Source: Chthonomonas sp. (lineage in GTDB: Bacteria; Armatimonadota; Chthonomonadetes; Chthonomonadales; Chthonomonadaceae). Taken from it: a DNA stretch of 64,000 bases. Positions 41,201-49,839 of this stretch are shown here, piece after piece. The stretch's first letter is position 1. Every line of letters begins with the position of its first letter. A program made the position numbers and the translations under genes. Below the pieces are notes generated by a model. That model did no database searches. It saw only the letters and a list, made by a program, of their open reading frames with translations, and was not told the DNA's origin. The stretch covers positions 4,227 to 68,226 of the forward strand of contig NZ_DATGLN010000170.1 in assembly GCF_035294165.1 (NCBI RefSeq), given 5' to 3'.

Positions 41201-44200
41201 CGGAGGGACTGCTAGATGGCACCACCTTAAGCTATAACGTACCCTATCCTTGTCTCGTCTATTCTGACGATACGGGCAACTTCTATGGAGTGGGCCTCCA
41301 AGCTTATAACGATGGCAACGGCAATATCTTCTTGCCGCTTATATGGAATCCGCCTACAACTTCTGGTAGTGTACGCTCTGCCGCCTCGGCGTTGATCAAT
41401 AGCTACATTGTGGAGGGCGACGAGGGCGGACAGGTAACGGCATTTACAAATGGAACGGGAAATAACGGTTTAGTAAGTCCATTGCCGTCTGTTGAGCTGC
41501 GTGGCGGCGGGAACGACCAAAGCCTGGTGGATATTGATATTCGTGGCGTAGATTACTTCGCGCAGAACGTATGGAACACCTTCTGGCCGAATGGAACCAC
41601 AGGAACCCCCTTTAGCGCGAACGCCCTTGTTGGCCAAGTGCCGGACGGTACCAATGGCCTCGCTGTAGACTGGGGCGACCATCTCTATGTGGCGGCATGG
41701 GGAGTCTACCATGCGGAGCCTCAGCAGCCTGGGTTGACGGCCTACGGCACCGCGCCGCCGCGCATAACGGTGACGTTCCGCATTGATGTGCCGCGTGGCA
41801 ACCGAACCATCACCGTTCAGGTGCCTGCCACCACCGCCAATGGGCAGCCTGCCGGTTGGCCTGGCGATGCCGGTGCCGGAAACCAGCAGTTTACTATCTG
41901 GGGTGATGACCCCAACAATCCGCCTCCTAACTCGCAGAACGGCGCTTCGGGTCTGCTTACCGGCCCCACACACTATGTGTTTCCGTGGGTGGCAGTGGCC
42001 TCTATTCCGATTCAGCCGGATGCGAATAACCCGGTAGCCCCCGGCATATCCGGCTACCGGGTTTCGGCTCGCGCCCATATCGAGCAGAACGTTGTTTACA
42101 AAAACGGCAACCAAACTATCAACTACACGCCGGCTCGTTTCGATTCACCGCTCTTTTTCGGCGGACAACGGGATGTAAACGGGGCCGACCATGGCTACAT
42201 TTTAGGCAATTTAAGTCGTGCCTTACAAAGCTCTCCGAATAACATCGCGGCTCGTGGACGGCCACGACGCGTCTACATTACAAACCCGTTGGCGCTTACC
42301 GTCGCCGGTACAAACCCGTCCGGTTCAGGAAGTGCCGACCAAACAGGCAGCAACATCTTCAACATCATTGGTTGGGCGCCGGCGGCGGATAATCCCAATA
42401 TCACCATCAATAACATCGCCGAACTACTTGGCAACGGGGCACAGACCGGTTGGATAGGCAACTTCGGTGTAAAGTCGCTCTTTGCCCCACTTGATATGGC
42501 CGTAGATGGCAACAGCGTGCAGTATCGTGGCATAGATGCAAACGGGAACCGAGTTCCGGCGTTTTATGTGGAGGATAGAAGCGCTTACCAGTTACTTACG
42601 GGGAGTCCGCTCAACATTATTGTGCAGATGCCCTCGCTAGTTTGGTGGGGCGGACCCAGCTCGGTGATGAACCCGCTGCCTTGGGAGCAGCTTCCCGGTG
42701 ACGGCACAAGCACGCCGGATTACCCGGCCATTGCGGCTTCCAATGTCTCTATCGTAGGGCAAAACGGGGTGGATGCTACCCGTGCTGCCTTGCCTTTGCC
42801 TGCTCCCGCATTGCCTAGTGGAGACAATAATGTGGCCGACCGCAACCCCACACCGGAACAGCTGAACCTTACGGTGAACGTGCCGAAGTATCAACCGGCC
42901 AATGTAAACCGCGGCATCGTGCAGACTGCCTTCGGGAATTTCGGCGACTCGTTTACGAATGAGGCAGGGCAGGTGCTCGGGGCGCTCGGTTCGCCGGTGC
43001 TCGGTCCCATCCGCACATTCAACGATGGACAGCCGCCGACCACGCCGGGAACAGGTACTTTCCCCGCTTTAGGCTACATCGCCCAGAGGGCACAGGTGGT
43101 TGTTCAGTTGCCAGGGCGGCCTTTGCGACCCGGGGTCTTTAATGGATACAATCGCGCAGAAATCGAGGAGGCGCGCCGCCAGTTCAACCTTGGCATGTGC
43201 GTGGCACCTTCGTTCCGCCTCCATGTGGAGGGCGCTGCACTCGATTTCGGCAACGTGCCGGCAGGCACGGGCTACTCGCCGGTTAACAATAACGGTGTGC
43301 ATAGCATTCCGTTTGCCCCAACGGGGACGGCACCTTATGCCAATACGGTCTCACCGTGGGACGACCCAAAGCAATTCGGCGAGTTTTTCCAACCGTTCAC
43401 CTTGATGAGCGACAGCAACGTGAACCTCGTGGATTTGCGCATCGCCACGCTGATCGGGCAGCCCGGCTCTACGTTCAGCGCTGCCTCCCTAGCCCCTGGC
43501 CTCGCACCTTCCACAGGGGCCGCCGTGGCGCAAGGGCTACAGAGCGATCAGGTTGACCAACTATTCTCCTCCTGGCTGCTTGCGCCCCCCTTCGGCTCTG
43601 CGAACAGCCCCATTCCCACGCCGGGAACGGGCAACATCGGGATCGTTTCCTCGTTTGACCATCCCTACAACAACGGCCAGGCGAACCTGAGCGACATCCT
43701 GTTCTATCCGATCCCCAATCCGTTCTGGACGCCAACCAACGGACTGCAGCCCTATCCCACGCTGCACAAACCTCTGCCCGGAGATGCGCAGGGCACGGTG
43801 GCTACCATTCCCGATGTGCCGCATGGCTATGTGCCGAGCGGTAACGGTTTGAAACCTCAGCCGCCAAAGCTCGGCATCGCCGTCCCCCTCGGCACACCGG
43901 TGGGAACCTACGTAGGAACGGTGGTGCCCTATGAGGATGAGATGCCGTTACAGTGGCGGGAATGGCTGGCCACATCGGGGAGTAACTATGGCAGTAGTGC
44001 GTTGGCCGGCAACGATGACGATATTTTGAATACTAATCCTGTAGGGCAAGCGCTGGAGGCCTACGCGAATCCGGACATTCAGGTGAAGGTAACTGTGGTG
44101 CCGAACCGCCTTACAGGGGGAACCACGCAGGGCAGCTTGAGCCAGATAGATACGGTGAACTTTGCTGCGCCGAACAACTTGGGCAAATCCAGCCCGAGCG

Positions 44201-46338
44201 CTACCTTGCCCACCGGTTTCAATATGCTGCCGGCAGCCGTTCTCTATCCCGCAAGCGATAATACCAGCGGCCTCTATCTCTACTGGGCCTCTAACTCGCT
44301 GCGCGGCAATACGGCTCCAGGCCCTACAAGCCCATCCGATATTCTCTACAGCTGGCTTACCATGCCCTACCTTAATCTAGGCTCGTTGGGTGGGGTAGGA
44401 TACATGAGTTTTGCTCAGTTCGGCCAACCGAATCAGCAGCAGTGGTGGAATCCCATGACACCTCTGCTGGATATAACCAATACCGGATTACTGCAGACGT
44501 TCTTTCCTTCTACCGGTGACAACACGGTGCCCGGTACCCCGATACCGGGTACGGTGCAGTTTGCCAGCCCCGCCATAGCGACAGCGAACGATGTGGATGC
44601 CAACGGCAACATTACCGTGGGGCCGCCTAGCGACAACGAAGCCTATCTCTTCTTTGCAGGCCAGGTACAAAAACAGACGGCGCCAAACCAGGAGGTTACC
44701 GAAATGCGGTTCTTCTGGCAGCCCTTGAGCACAACCTATCCCTACGTACCACAGGGAACACCGAACTTTGTGCCCGGAAATCCCTATGTGCCAAAGTACG
44801 ACCCTGCCCCACTGCTGGTAAAGCTGGCTGCCGATAGCGGACGAAACGTTCCTGCTCAGAAGCTCCTCTATCTGTTCTACTCGGTTGGGCGCCAAGACCA
44901 TACACAAATCTACTACAACTTTAACCTAAGCACCAGTCTGAACGGCTCCATCTCGCAAGCGGGTTGGCAACCGGATGGGATTCTGTTGCCCACGCCTATC
45001 ACCTTAGGGCAACAGAGCCATCCGTCGGCTATCTATCGGCGCGTCTATGCGCAAAATCCGTTCAATACAAGTTCGGATGTGCGCGTCTTCGATGCCATAG
45101 ACCTCTACTTTACCGGTGTGTTGCCAGGTCGCGGCGATCATGCCGAGACGCTCATGATCCGGTACGGAATATATCGTGGGGAGAACTTAGGCCCGAATGC
45201 TCCGGCTATGGTGCCCGGCCAGCTCTTCGTGTTGCCGCTGCCTCCGGTAACGGATGAAACACTGACCCGAGCGGGGGCTACAAACCATTTCGTCTCACGC
45301 GATGTGGGTTGGTATATCGGCTACAACAATCAGCAGCCGTTTAGCAACGTCCAGCCCTACATTTCCCTGGAACGGATTGACCAAAACGGCAATGTGCTTC
45401 AGTTGTTGGCGGGCCCAGGCACCTTTGATCCCGCTTCGCAAACAATCACCTATAATTCAGCCCTCGGTGGACGTATCGTCGTTGACCCACAGTCTGGCAT
45501 TGTACGCTTCCCGGATGTTCCTCCGAAAAGTACCGATATTGTTCGGGTAAGCTACATTCCACAGGTCATGCGGCTGAACACCAGCCGAGACGATAGCAAC
45601 CTGGTTGTTGCCGGCGGTTATGGGAATATCCCAACCAACCCGCTGCCGCCGGCCTTCCAAGCGCATCCTGCGGTGGATACGGTGGGCATCAACACCGCGC
45701 CGGAGGTGCTGCTGGATCGCAGCCCCAACCCACGCCAACTGCTTACTAATCCAACCGTTGTGTTCGATTCTAAGGGGAACCCGCTAGGAGCCAATGGGCC
45801 GGCCATGCTTACGGATAGGCTGTGGCTGTTCTACCATAAAACAGACGTCACGGGCAAAACGAAGTCGGCCGTCTACTTCAAGACGATGCGCCTGATGATC
45901 AAGCTGCCCTACCCGGTAGCAGTCGCCAAAAACAACAATGGAGTTACCCAGATAGTAGGTCTTACGGTAACAGGGGCTAGAGGGCCTTATGAGGTAGACT
46001 GGCAGCGTGGACGTATCTACTTCACCGAAGCGGATGAGGGCAACCAGGTACAGGTGGCCTATACCTACTACAATCCGGCTACCAACACCACGGCAAACTC
46101 CGGCACGCTAACCTATCAGGTCGCCTGGGGAGATGAGATGAGCGACACCCTCGGCAACGATGTTTACGAGGCGCCGTTGCCGGTAAATGGGGCTGTTAAC
46201 GAAGGGCAGATCGCCGTGTTAAAAGACCCGTTGATGAACCGGCTTTGGGTGTTCTGGGCAAGTACCCGCGCCGGCACAACCGACCTCTACATGGCCGCTC
46301 TCGCGCCCAAATTTTATCCAGACCTGGTGGGGCAGTAA
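38281..46338 (+). CDS. Giant secreted PilY1-position adhesin-like protein (2685 aa) with golvesin-like and PQQ-like propeller regions
   Basis: Signal peptide ending AHA|QF; IIVDN...VTADAVEF; repeated HIYALD/RVYAFD/GASDGHVYA/RVYALP...W.YP blades; C-terminal LWVFWASTRAGTTDLY. Confidence 0.7.
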   Translation: MREREMRHKSALSFGIISLCGLLLALAAMGAHAQFAFTNDDWTLDRGALTLDANNNGLALRQGYNNFTDLANQPFHGLPRWVWPTGVDLLGAQNGGSNQTSGVSALNPIIVDNPPGFPGNKEIFDPNVTQNALSVWNTNVFTVPPIAQRVPQAGFSFGTDPTDPNNFDYGIATPQPVTITYTGSNGSTVTATTDQLTQLPYVPPQLYAAVNNALNNAQPVAQWTMGNPILPTALQGVTLNYTVSIWSPGDGTLDANDVPHPDLKHAFVRVSWFHTVNGNTINNTGTPGGGGVYDVVNSRIYMIDLSGGPGWRVIGPYAASSTTSVTPAVFPYNSNDPTSQIVVTLYVLTPDNPNDTSLYLHPPYVTADAVEFVPLGIANTGNNGGAIAQSPLGPISAQGRILAPVVGSNKVVTNPNDPEFGKTVYYVAREEAIANTPPTSPVDPTQTPLTPGNDAYTTFTVPVFYCLNNEDGIQIVNGQPQELPSKTRVRWRYVALPDAGTGTCTASPLLANVRCRDGKVRPMVYFVTTAAGGALGHIYALDPVGNNPFGPDPGDLSTRTTTAYWVYPSVRPLLGTANEPPNAPAQWEDPNFSLPANTGAYSRTGYPAFSFGPDQPTDSGGHLIYDGDIIPNPNTTAAATTPYIVRNDTLLTMTGMTWTPTLVDDPDNPNGPQLLIVTAQGSDSGHGRVYAFDAGGRGDFGTINVNNQQLAVAGTTQRIWTWPRFGADTFHRVNTPSATGGFNMADNFSDEPQIGFLAGSPMYDPNYAGGTAEKPLVVGASDGHVYAILAHHDTVPNVNGTQVTYDNTKRLYWTYPSTAGPGLGAAPSTVAFYQPTGSNNRYLVFTCDTPDGGGRVYALPEATPNGQTVPFTNQLTWVFPPTPDPPNPDPNNPNGTAPFVPGFGGNAPVPVNSGLLPQGTLPSDVIYVVQSDGTVDGIQVDGNGLNPKLYATNIPQSGFVFSSPIIAQLQADPSEGLLDGTTLSYNVPYPCLVYSDDTGNFYGVGLQAYNDGNGNIFLPLIWNPPTTSGSVRSAASALINSYIVEGDEGGQVTAFTNGTGNNGLVSPLPSVELRGGGNDQSLVDIDIRGVDYFAQNVWNTFWPNGTTGTPFSANALVGQVPDGTNGLAVDWGDHLYVAAWGVYHAEPQQPGLTAYGTAPPRITVTFRIDVPRGNRTITVQVPATTANGQPAGWPGDAGAGNQQFTIWGDDPNNPPPNSQNGASGLLTGPTHYVFPWVAVASIPIQPDANNPVAPGISGYRVSARAHIEQNVVYKNGNQTINYTPARFDSPLFFGGQRDVNGADHGYILGNLSRALQSSPNNIAARGRPRRVYITNPLALTVAGTNPSGSGSADQTGSNIFNIIGWAPAADNPNITINNIAELLGNGAQTGWIGNFGVKSLFAPLDMAVDGNSVQYRGIDANGNRVPAFYVEDRSAYQLLTGSPLNIIVQMPSLVWWGGPSSVMNPLPWEQLPGDGTSTPDYPAIAASNVSIVGQNGVDATRAALPLPAPALPSGDNNVADRNPTPEQLNLTVNVPKYQPANVNRGIVQTAFGNFGDSFTNEAGQVLGALGSPVLGPIRTFNDGQPPTTPGTGTFPALGYIAQRAQVVVQLPGRPLRPGVFNGYNRAEIEEARRQFNLGMCVAPSFRLHVEGAALDFGNVPAGTGYSPVNNNGVHSIPFAPTGTAPYANTVSPWDDPKQFGEFFQPFTLMSDSNVNLVDLRIATLIGQPGSTFSAASLAPGLAPSTGAAVAQGLQSDQVDQLFSSWLLAPPFGSANSPIPTPGTGNIGIVSSFDHPYNNGQANLSDILFYPIPNPFWTPTNGLQPYPTLHKPLPGDAQGTVATIPDVPHGYVPSGNGLKPQPPKLGIAVPLGTPVGTYVGTVVPYEDEMPLQWREWLATSGSNYGSSALAGNDDDILNTNPVGQALEAYANPDIQVKVTVVPNRLTGGTTQGSLSQIDTVNFAAPNNLGKSSPSATLPTGFNMLPAAVLYPASDNTSGLYLYWASNSLRGNTAPGPTSPSDILYSWLTMPYLNLGSLGGVGYMSFAQFGQPNQQQWWNPMTPLLDITNTGLLQTFFPSTGDNTVPGTPIPGTVQFASPAIATANDVDANGNITVGPPSDNEAYLFFAGQVQKQTAPNQEVTEMRFFWQPLSTTYPYVPQGTPNFVPGNPYVPKYDPAPLLVKLAADSGRNVPAQKLLYLFYSVGRQDHTQIYYNFNLSTSLNGSISQAGWQPDGILLPTPITLGQQSHPSAIYRRVYAQNPFNTSSDVRVFDAIDLYFTGVLPGRGDHAETLMIRYGIYRGENLGPNAPAMVPGQLFVLPLPPVTDETLTRAGATNHFVSRDVGWYIGYNNQQPFSNVQPYISLERIDQNGNVLQLLAGPGTFDPASQTITYNSALGGRIVVDPQSGIVRFPDVPPKSTDIVRVSYIPQVMRLNTSRDDSNLVVAGGYGNIPTNPLPPAFQAHPAVDTVGINTAPEVLLDRSPNPRQLLTNPTVVFDSKGNPLGANGPAMLTDRLWLFYHKTDVTGKTKSAVYFKTMRLMIKLPYPVAVAKNNNGVTQIVGLTVTGARGPYEVDWQRGRIYFTEADEGNQVQVAYTYYNPATNTTANSGTLTYQVAWGDEMSDTLGNDVYEAPLPVNGAVNEGQIAVLKDPLMNRLWVFWASTRAGTTDLYMAALAPKFYPDLVGQ

Positions 46339-46359
46339 ACAGTTCCGCTTCGTGTATTG

Positions 46360-46860
46360 GGGGTAGGCCTTGTGCCTACCCCTGCGGACTTTTGGCTCTA
46401 CAAGCCCCCACCCCCCCGCCCCTCCCCCAACTTGGGAGAGGGGAGACCAACAAGCTAACTTGCGGTTTTCTTTGCTAAGCTTCCCTGTGGAAACTAAACG
46501 CTATAGTCCCCTTTCTCCCGAATCGGGGGAAAGGCCGGGATAGGGGGCGAGCAAAGTCGGCTTGCTCTACAAACTGTCTCTAAAGCCGTGAGATTGTCAG
46601 CCTCTGCAGCCCCCACCCCTGCCCTTCAGAACTGGTGGGAATGGAAACTTAAGATTTCTCGCCTTCGGCTCGAAATGACAGGCACCTCCGGCTCGAAATG
46701 ACAGACGTCTATCACACGAGAAATGGCAGGCGTACCACACTTCGAGTCCAACGTTCTCGCCTTCAGTGGGAATGAAATGAGAAGACCTCTCAGCTTTGCT
46801 TCGAGGTGACATGGGATGCCGACGCTCTCCCCCTACAGGGGGAGGGGAGACCTGCAAGTT
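46360..46860 (-). repeat. Modular palindromic repeat cluster 2 (inverted relative to cluster 1)
   Basis: 46419-46682 is the gapless reverse complement of 25279-25542 (about 82% identity by manual count); hairpin GGGGTAGGC-cttgt-GCCTACCCC at 46360. Confidence 0.88.
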
Positions 46861-46922
46861 AAACAGAGGTTTCCTCGGAGAGGTGAGCGTTATCGGGTGC
46901 TAGCAGGCCGCAGTCCAGCATT

Positions 46923-47948
46923 CTAAGCCGAAGGTTTCGTCGCCAAAATAAGGGGCGAGGGCGCAGGGACTTCCAAAGGCCTCACATGCTCAAAGCCGGC
47001 CTCTTCAAGCCAACGCCTGATCTCGTTAAAAGAGTAGGTATCGCCTTGCTCGGTATGCACAAGCATATTAACGGCAAAAATGAGCGAATGGGGAGGGCCG
47101 GTTCGCTCTTCATTCACGAGAAATTCAGCGATAGCGATCGTTCCTCCTGGCGCTAACGCCTGATAGGTCTTTGCAAGCAGTTCGCGACTGCGTATCTCAC
47201 CCTCACTATGCAAAATATGTCCAAGAATAGCCACCTGGTAATCTTTGCCAAAATCGGCTGTATGCATATCTCCCGCCACCAGTCGAAAACGATCGGTAAG
47301 CCCAAAGCGCGAAAGCATGCGACGTGTCACGTTCAAAACTGCCGGTAGGTCTATCACCGTAGCCCGTACCTGGGGCGACTTCATGGCAATGCAGATGCTC
47401 CACACACCCGACCCGGCAGCAATATCGAGCACAGAGTAGGGAGCATTGAGTTGCGCAAGGCATAACGACTCGGCGAGCGCATTCGCGGCGCCGTAGTTGA
47501 GTGGAAAGAGCGCTTCAACAAACCTTTCAAAAAAGGCGGCACCATCCTCGGCCTGATCAACATGCAGCGCGGGTTTTCCGCTCCGTACAATCTCGGCCAA
47601 CCCCAGCCAGTTGGGAATAACTTGTTCGCAAATATGGCAAAAAAGCTCTCCATAGTAGTGTGGGCTTTTGCGCACAAGAAAGGTAGTACTTTCTGAGGTT
47701 AACAGATAATGGCCTTCTGTATCTTTGGCCAACAGGCCCAAGCCGACCAGAGCGTTTAAAAGTGCTTTCAGTCCACGAAATGAAGCACCTGTTTTAGCGT
47801 GGAGCTGGTCAATGGTCAGCGGGCCTGATGCCAGCTCCTCAAATATATTATTATGAATTCCAGCATGGATAATTATGGGAGCAGCATGCCCCCACATAAG
47901 TTGAAGAATTCGTTCGGGGCTAACAGGTTGGGGCGTTCCAGAAACCAT
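46923..47948 (-). CDS. SAM-dependent O-methyltransferase (Methyltransf_2 with dimerisation domain)
   Basis: LLNALVGLGLL, VLDIAAGSG, VIDLP, AGDM, GHILH, LAPGG; ATG 47948 preferred to 48056. Confidence 0.85.
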   Translation of the reverse strand: MVSGTPQPVSPERILQLMWGHAAPIIIHAGIHNNIFEELASGPLTIDQLHAKTGASFRGLKALLNALVGLGLLAKDTEGHYLLTSESTTFLVRKSPHYYGELFCHICEQVIPNWLGLAEIVRSGKPALHVDQAEDGAAFFERFVEALFPLNYGAANALAESLCLAQLNAPYSVLDIAAGSGVWSICIAMKSPQVRATVIDLPAVLNVTRRMLSRFGLTDRFRLVAGDMHTADFGKDYQVAILGHILHSEGEIRSRELLAKTYQALAPGGTIAIAEFLVNEERTGPPHSLIFAVNMLVHTEQGDTYSFNEIRRWLEEAGFEHVRPLEVPAPSPLILATKPSA

Positions 47949-48094
47949 AGCTTGCAAACCCTCATTTACTCTATGAAAAATTTTACTTTGGGAGTTTACC
48001 TGCACCGTACTCTGAGAGTCAAGGGAGGCATTACGGACTCGGGGTAAACTAGGCATATGCTCTCAAAATAGAAGGAGTGTAACAGGAATTGTAG

Positions 48095-49210
48095 ATGAAA
48101 TACGGGCATCTTCTGTTTTGGCTTATCTGTTTACCTATGTTCGCCATGGGAGAGGGGACATGGCAAACTTCTGCTCCCAATACCGCTGTTTCCAAATGGC
48201 AGCGAAAGGCTTTAATAGCCTGCTTGGTGCCTATGGCAAAAGCCATTAGGGCACAGCAGAGATCGGATGGTGCCATTGTTATGGGTGATCGGGCCCCCTA
48301 TCGCCTCTCGCCCTACGTCGCGAACTACGCGGCTCTCGGGTTGCTCGGTGCCTACCAGATAACCCACGACCCTAGCTTGCTTCAGGCCGTGAAGCGATGG
48401 CAGGAGTGGTATTTAGCTCACTTGAATGTGGATGGAACGATCTATGATTATTCGGGTGATGTGGGCGCTTGGCAACCCACCAACGATTATGACTCCACCG
48501 ATGCCTATGCCGCCACCTTCATGCGGTTAGTCTGGAGGTATGCCCAAGTCGCTAAAGACCCTTTGTGGGTTCGGCACCTGCTAACCGAGTTACCAAAACT
48601 TGCCAATGCAATTCGTCTAACTCTGCAAGGTGACGGGCTAACCACGGCTAAACCGAACTATCCTGCTATGTATACCATGGATAACGTTGAGGTCTATCAA
48701 GGATGGGTTGCGTCGGCGCAACTGGCGCAAAAAATGCATCGTGCCGATCTCGCCCACATCTATGGGAGGTTGGCAAAAGCAACCCTCCATGCTATTGATA
48801 CACTGCTATGGGTACACGATAACCGAGGAGGGGGCCATTTTCTTATCGGCATTCAGCCCAATGGGGCAAGCATTGAGGTTAAACAGCCGATGGTGTGGTA
48901 TCCCGATCAGGTGGCTCAGCTTATGGCAATCGCGTGGCTGCCCAAGTCGAGCAGAACGTGTGGCCTCTACTCTGCATTGTGTAGGGGGGAGTTGAAGCTG
49001 CCCTCCATCATTATAACGGAAGATGAGCTAAGCTATGTGGTATGGTGGGCTTTGGCTGCAGAGACTGTAGGCGATAGGCCAACGCTATCGCGTATCCTGC
49101 AATTGCTGATCGCCGTCCCAAAAACCCTGCCCACCGTGATGGATGTGGGATTAGAGGGGCATGTTTGCACCATTCTTGCCCATGCGTGCGAGCAAGGCGA
49201 CCGCCTATAG
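48095..49210 (+). CDS. Secreted (alpha/alpha)6 six-hairpin glycosidase-like protein
   Basis: Signal peptide; helical Trp/Tyr-rich pattern with acidic motifs DGTIYDY, DYDSTDAYAATF, MDNVEVYQG. Confidence 0.55.
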   Translation: MKYGHLLFWLICLPMFAMGEGTWQTSAPNTAVSKWQRKALIACLVPMAKAIRAQQRSDGAIVMGDRAPYRLSPYVANYAALGLLGAYQITHDPSLLQAVKRWQEWYLAHLNVDGTIYDYSGDVGAWQPTNDYDSTDAYAATFMRLVWRYAQVAKDPLWVRHLLTELPKLANAIRLTLQGDGLTTAKPNYPAMYTMDNVEVYQGWVASAQLAQKMHRADLAHIYGRLAKATLHAIDTLLWVHDNRGGGHFLIGIQPNGASIEVKQPMVWYPDQVAQLMAIAWLPKSSRTCGLYSALCRGELKLPSIIITEDELSYVVWWALAAETVGDRPTLSRILQLLIAVPKTLPTVMDVGLEGHVCTILAHACEQGDRL

Positions 49211-49579
49211 GGGTGGGGGTGGGGCTGCAGAGGGTACCCTTGTGGGGTGGGGCGTCGGCCTTGAGGCGCCTATCGCTAGGTCTCCCTCCCCCTGTAGGGG
49301 GAGGGGAGGGCTTGCGGGGCTGAAGTCGAGATGAACTCCTGTCATTTCGAACCGAAGGCGAGAAATCTTGAGTTTCAATTTCTACCAGTTCCGAGGGGGT
49401 AGGGAGTGGGGCAGTAGAAACCGCCAATCTCACGGCTCTAGAGACAGTTTTGCAAAGCAAGCTTACCTCGCCCGCCCCCTATCCCGGCCTTTCCCCCGAT
49501 TCGGGAGAAAGGGGGCTAGTAAGTCGGTTTCCGAAAGGAAGGATATGAAAGGAAACCGAGAGCTAGTTTACTGGTCTCC
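49211..49579 (+). repeat. Modular palindromic repeat cluster 3
   Basis: 49338-49579 colinear with 25279-25519; preceded by GCGTCGGCCTTGAG and CTCCC..GGGAGGGG modules. Confidence 0.85.
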
Positions 49580-49828
49580 TTGAGGCGAATCGGGAGCGCT
49601 GGCACGAACTAAAGTATTCGCCTCGGTCTCCGCCACGGTCTGTAACTTGATAAGACGAATGCCCGTGGTGGGCACAAGGAGGTGCTCGCCATTTGTTTTT
49701 ACCAACTCCACCCAATGGGCATCCAGATAGGTAAGCGTACCGCTATCGGAATAGTTAGTATGGTAGTAAATAGTTACTACACTATTCAGATGCCGCTGTA
49801 GAGGATGCGATAGATTAGGGTTTTGCAT
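49568..49828 (-). CDS. Small hypothetical protein, Sm/LSm-like pattern
   Basis: AAAGGA RBS before ATG 49828; pattern V.IYY...GTL..LD..WVEL......LLVP..GI..I; last gene of a minus-strand operon. Confidence 0.6.
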   Translation of the reverse strand: MQNPNLSHPLQRHLNSVVTIYYHTNYSDSGTLTYLDAHWVELVKTNGEHLLVPTTGIRLIKLQTVAETEANTLVRASAPDSPQGDQ

Positions 49829-49839
49829 GGATGTTCCTT

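Noticed and set aside
40366-45138. Two RGD tripeptides in the 2685-aa protein as integrin-binding motifs
   Set aside because: Plausible by chance in a long Gly-rich protein; no evidence of host association
17285-46338. Calling the locus a type II secretion system
   Set aside because: PilT with AIRNLIRE and the pilB-pilT-pilC order indicate a retractile T4aP-like system; no GspC/D/L/M here (the secretin and PilMNO must be encoded elsewhere)
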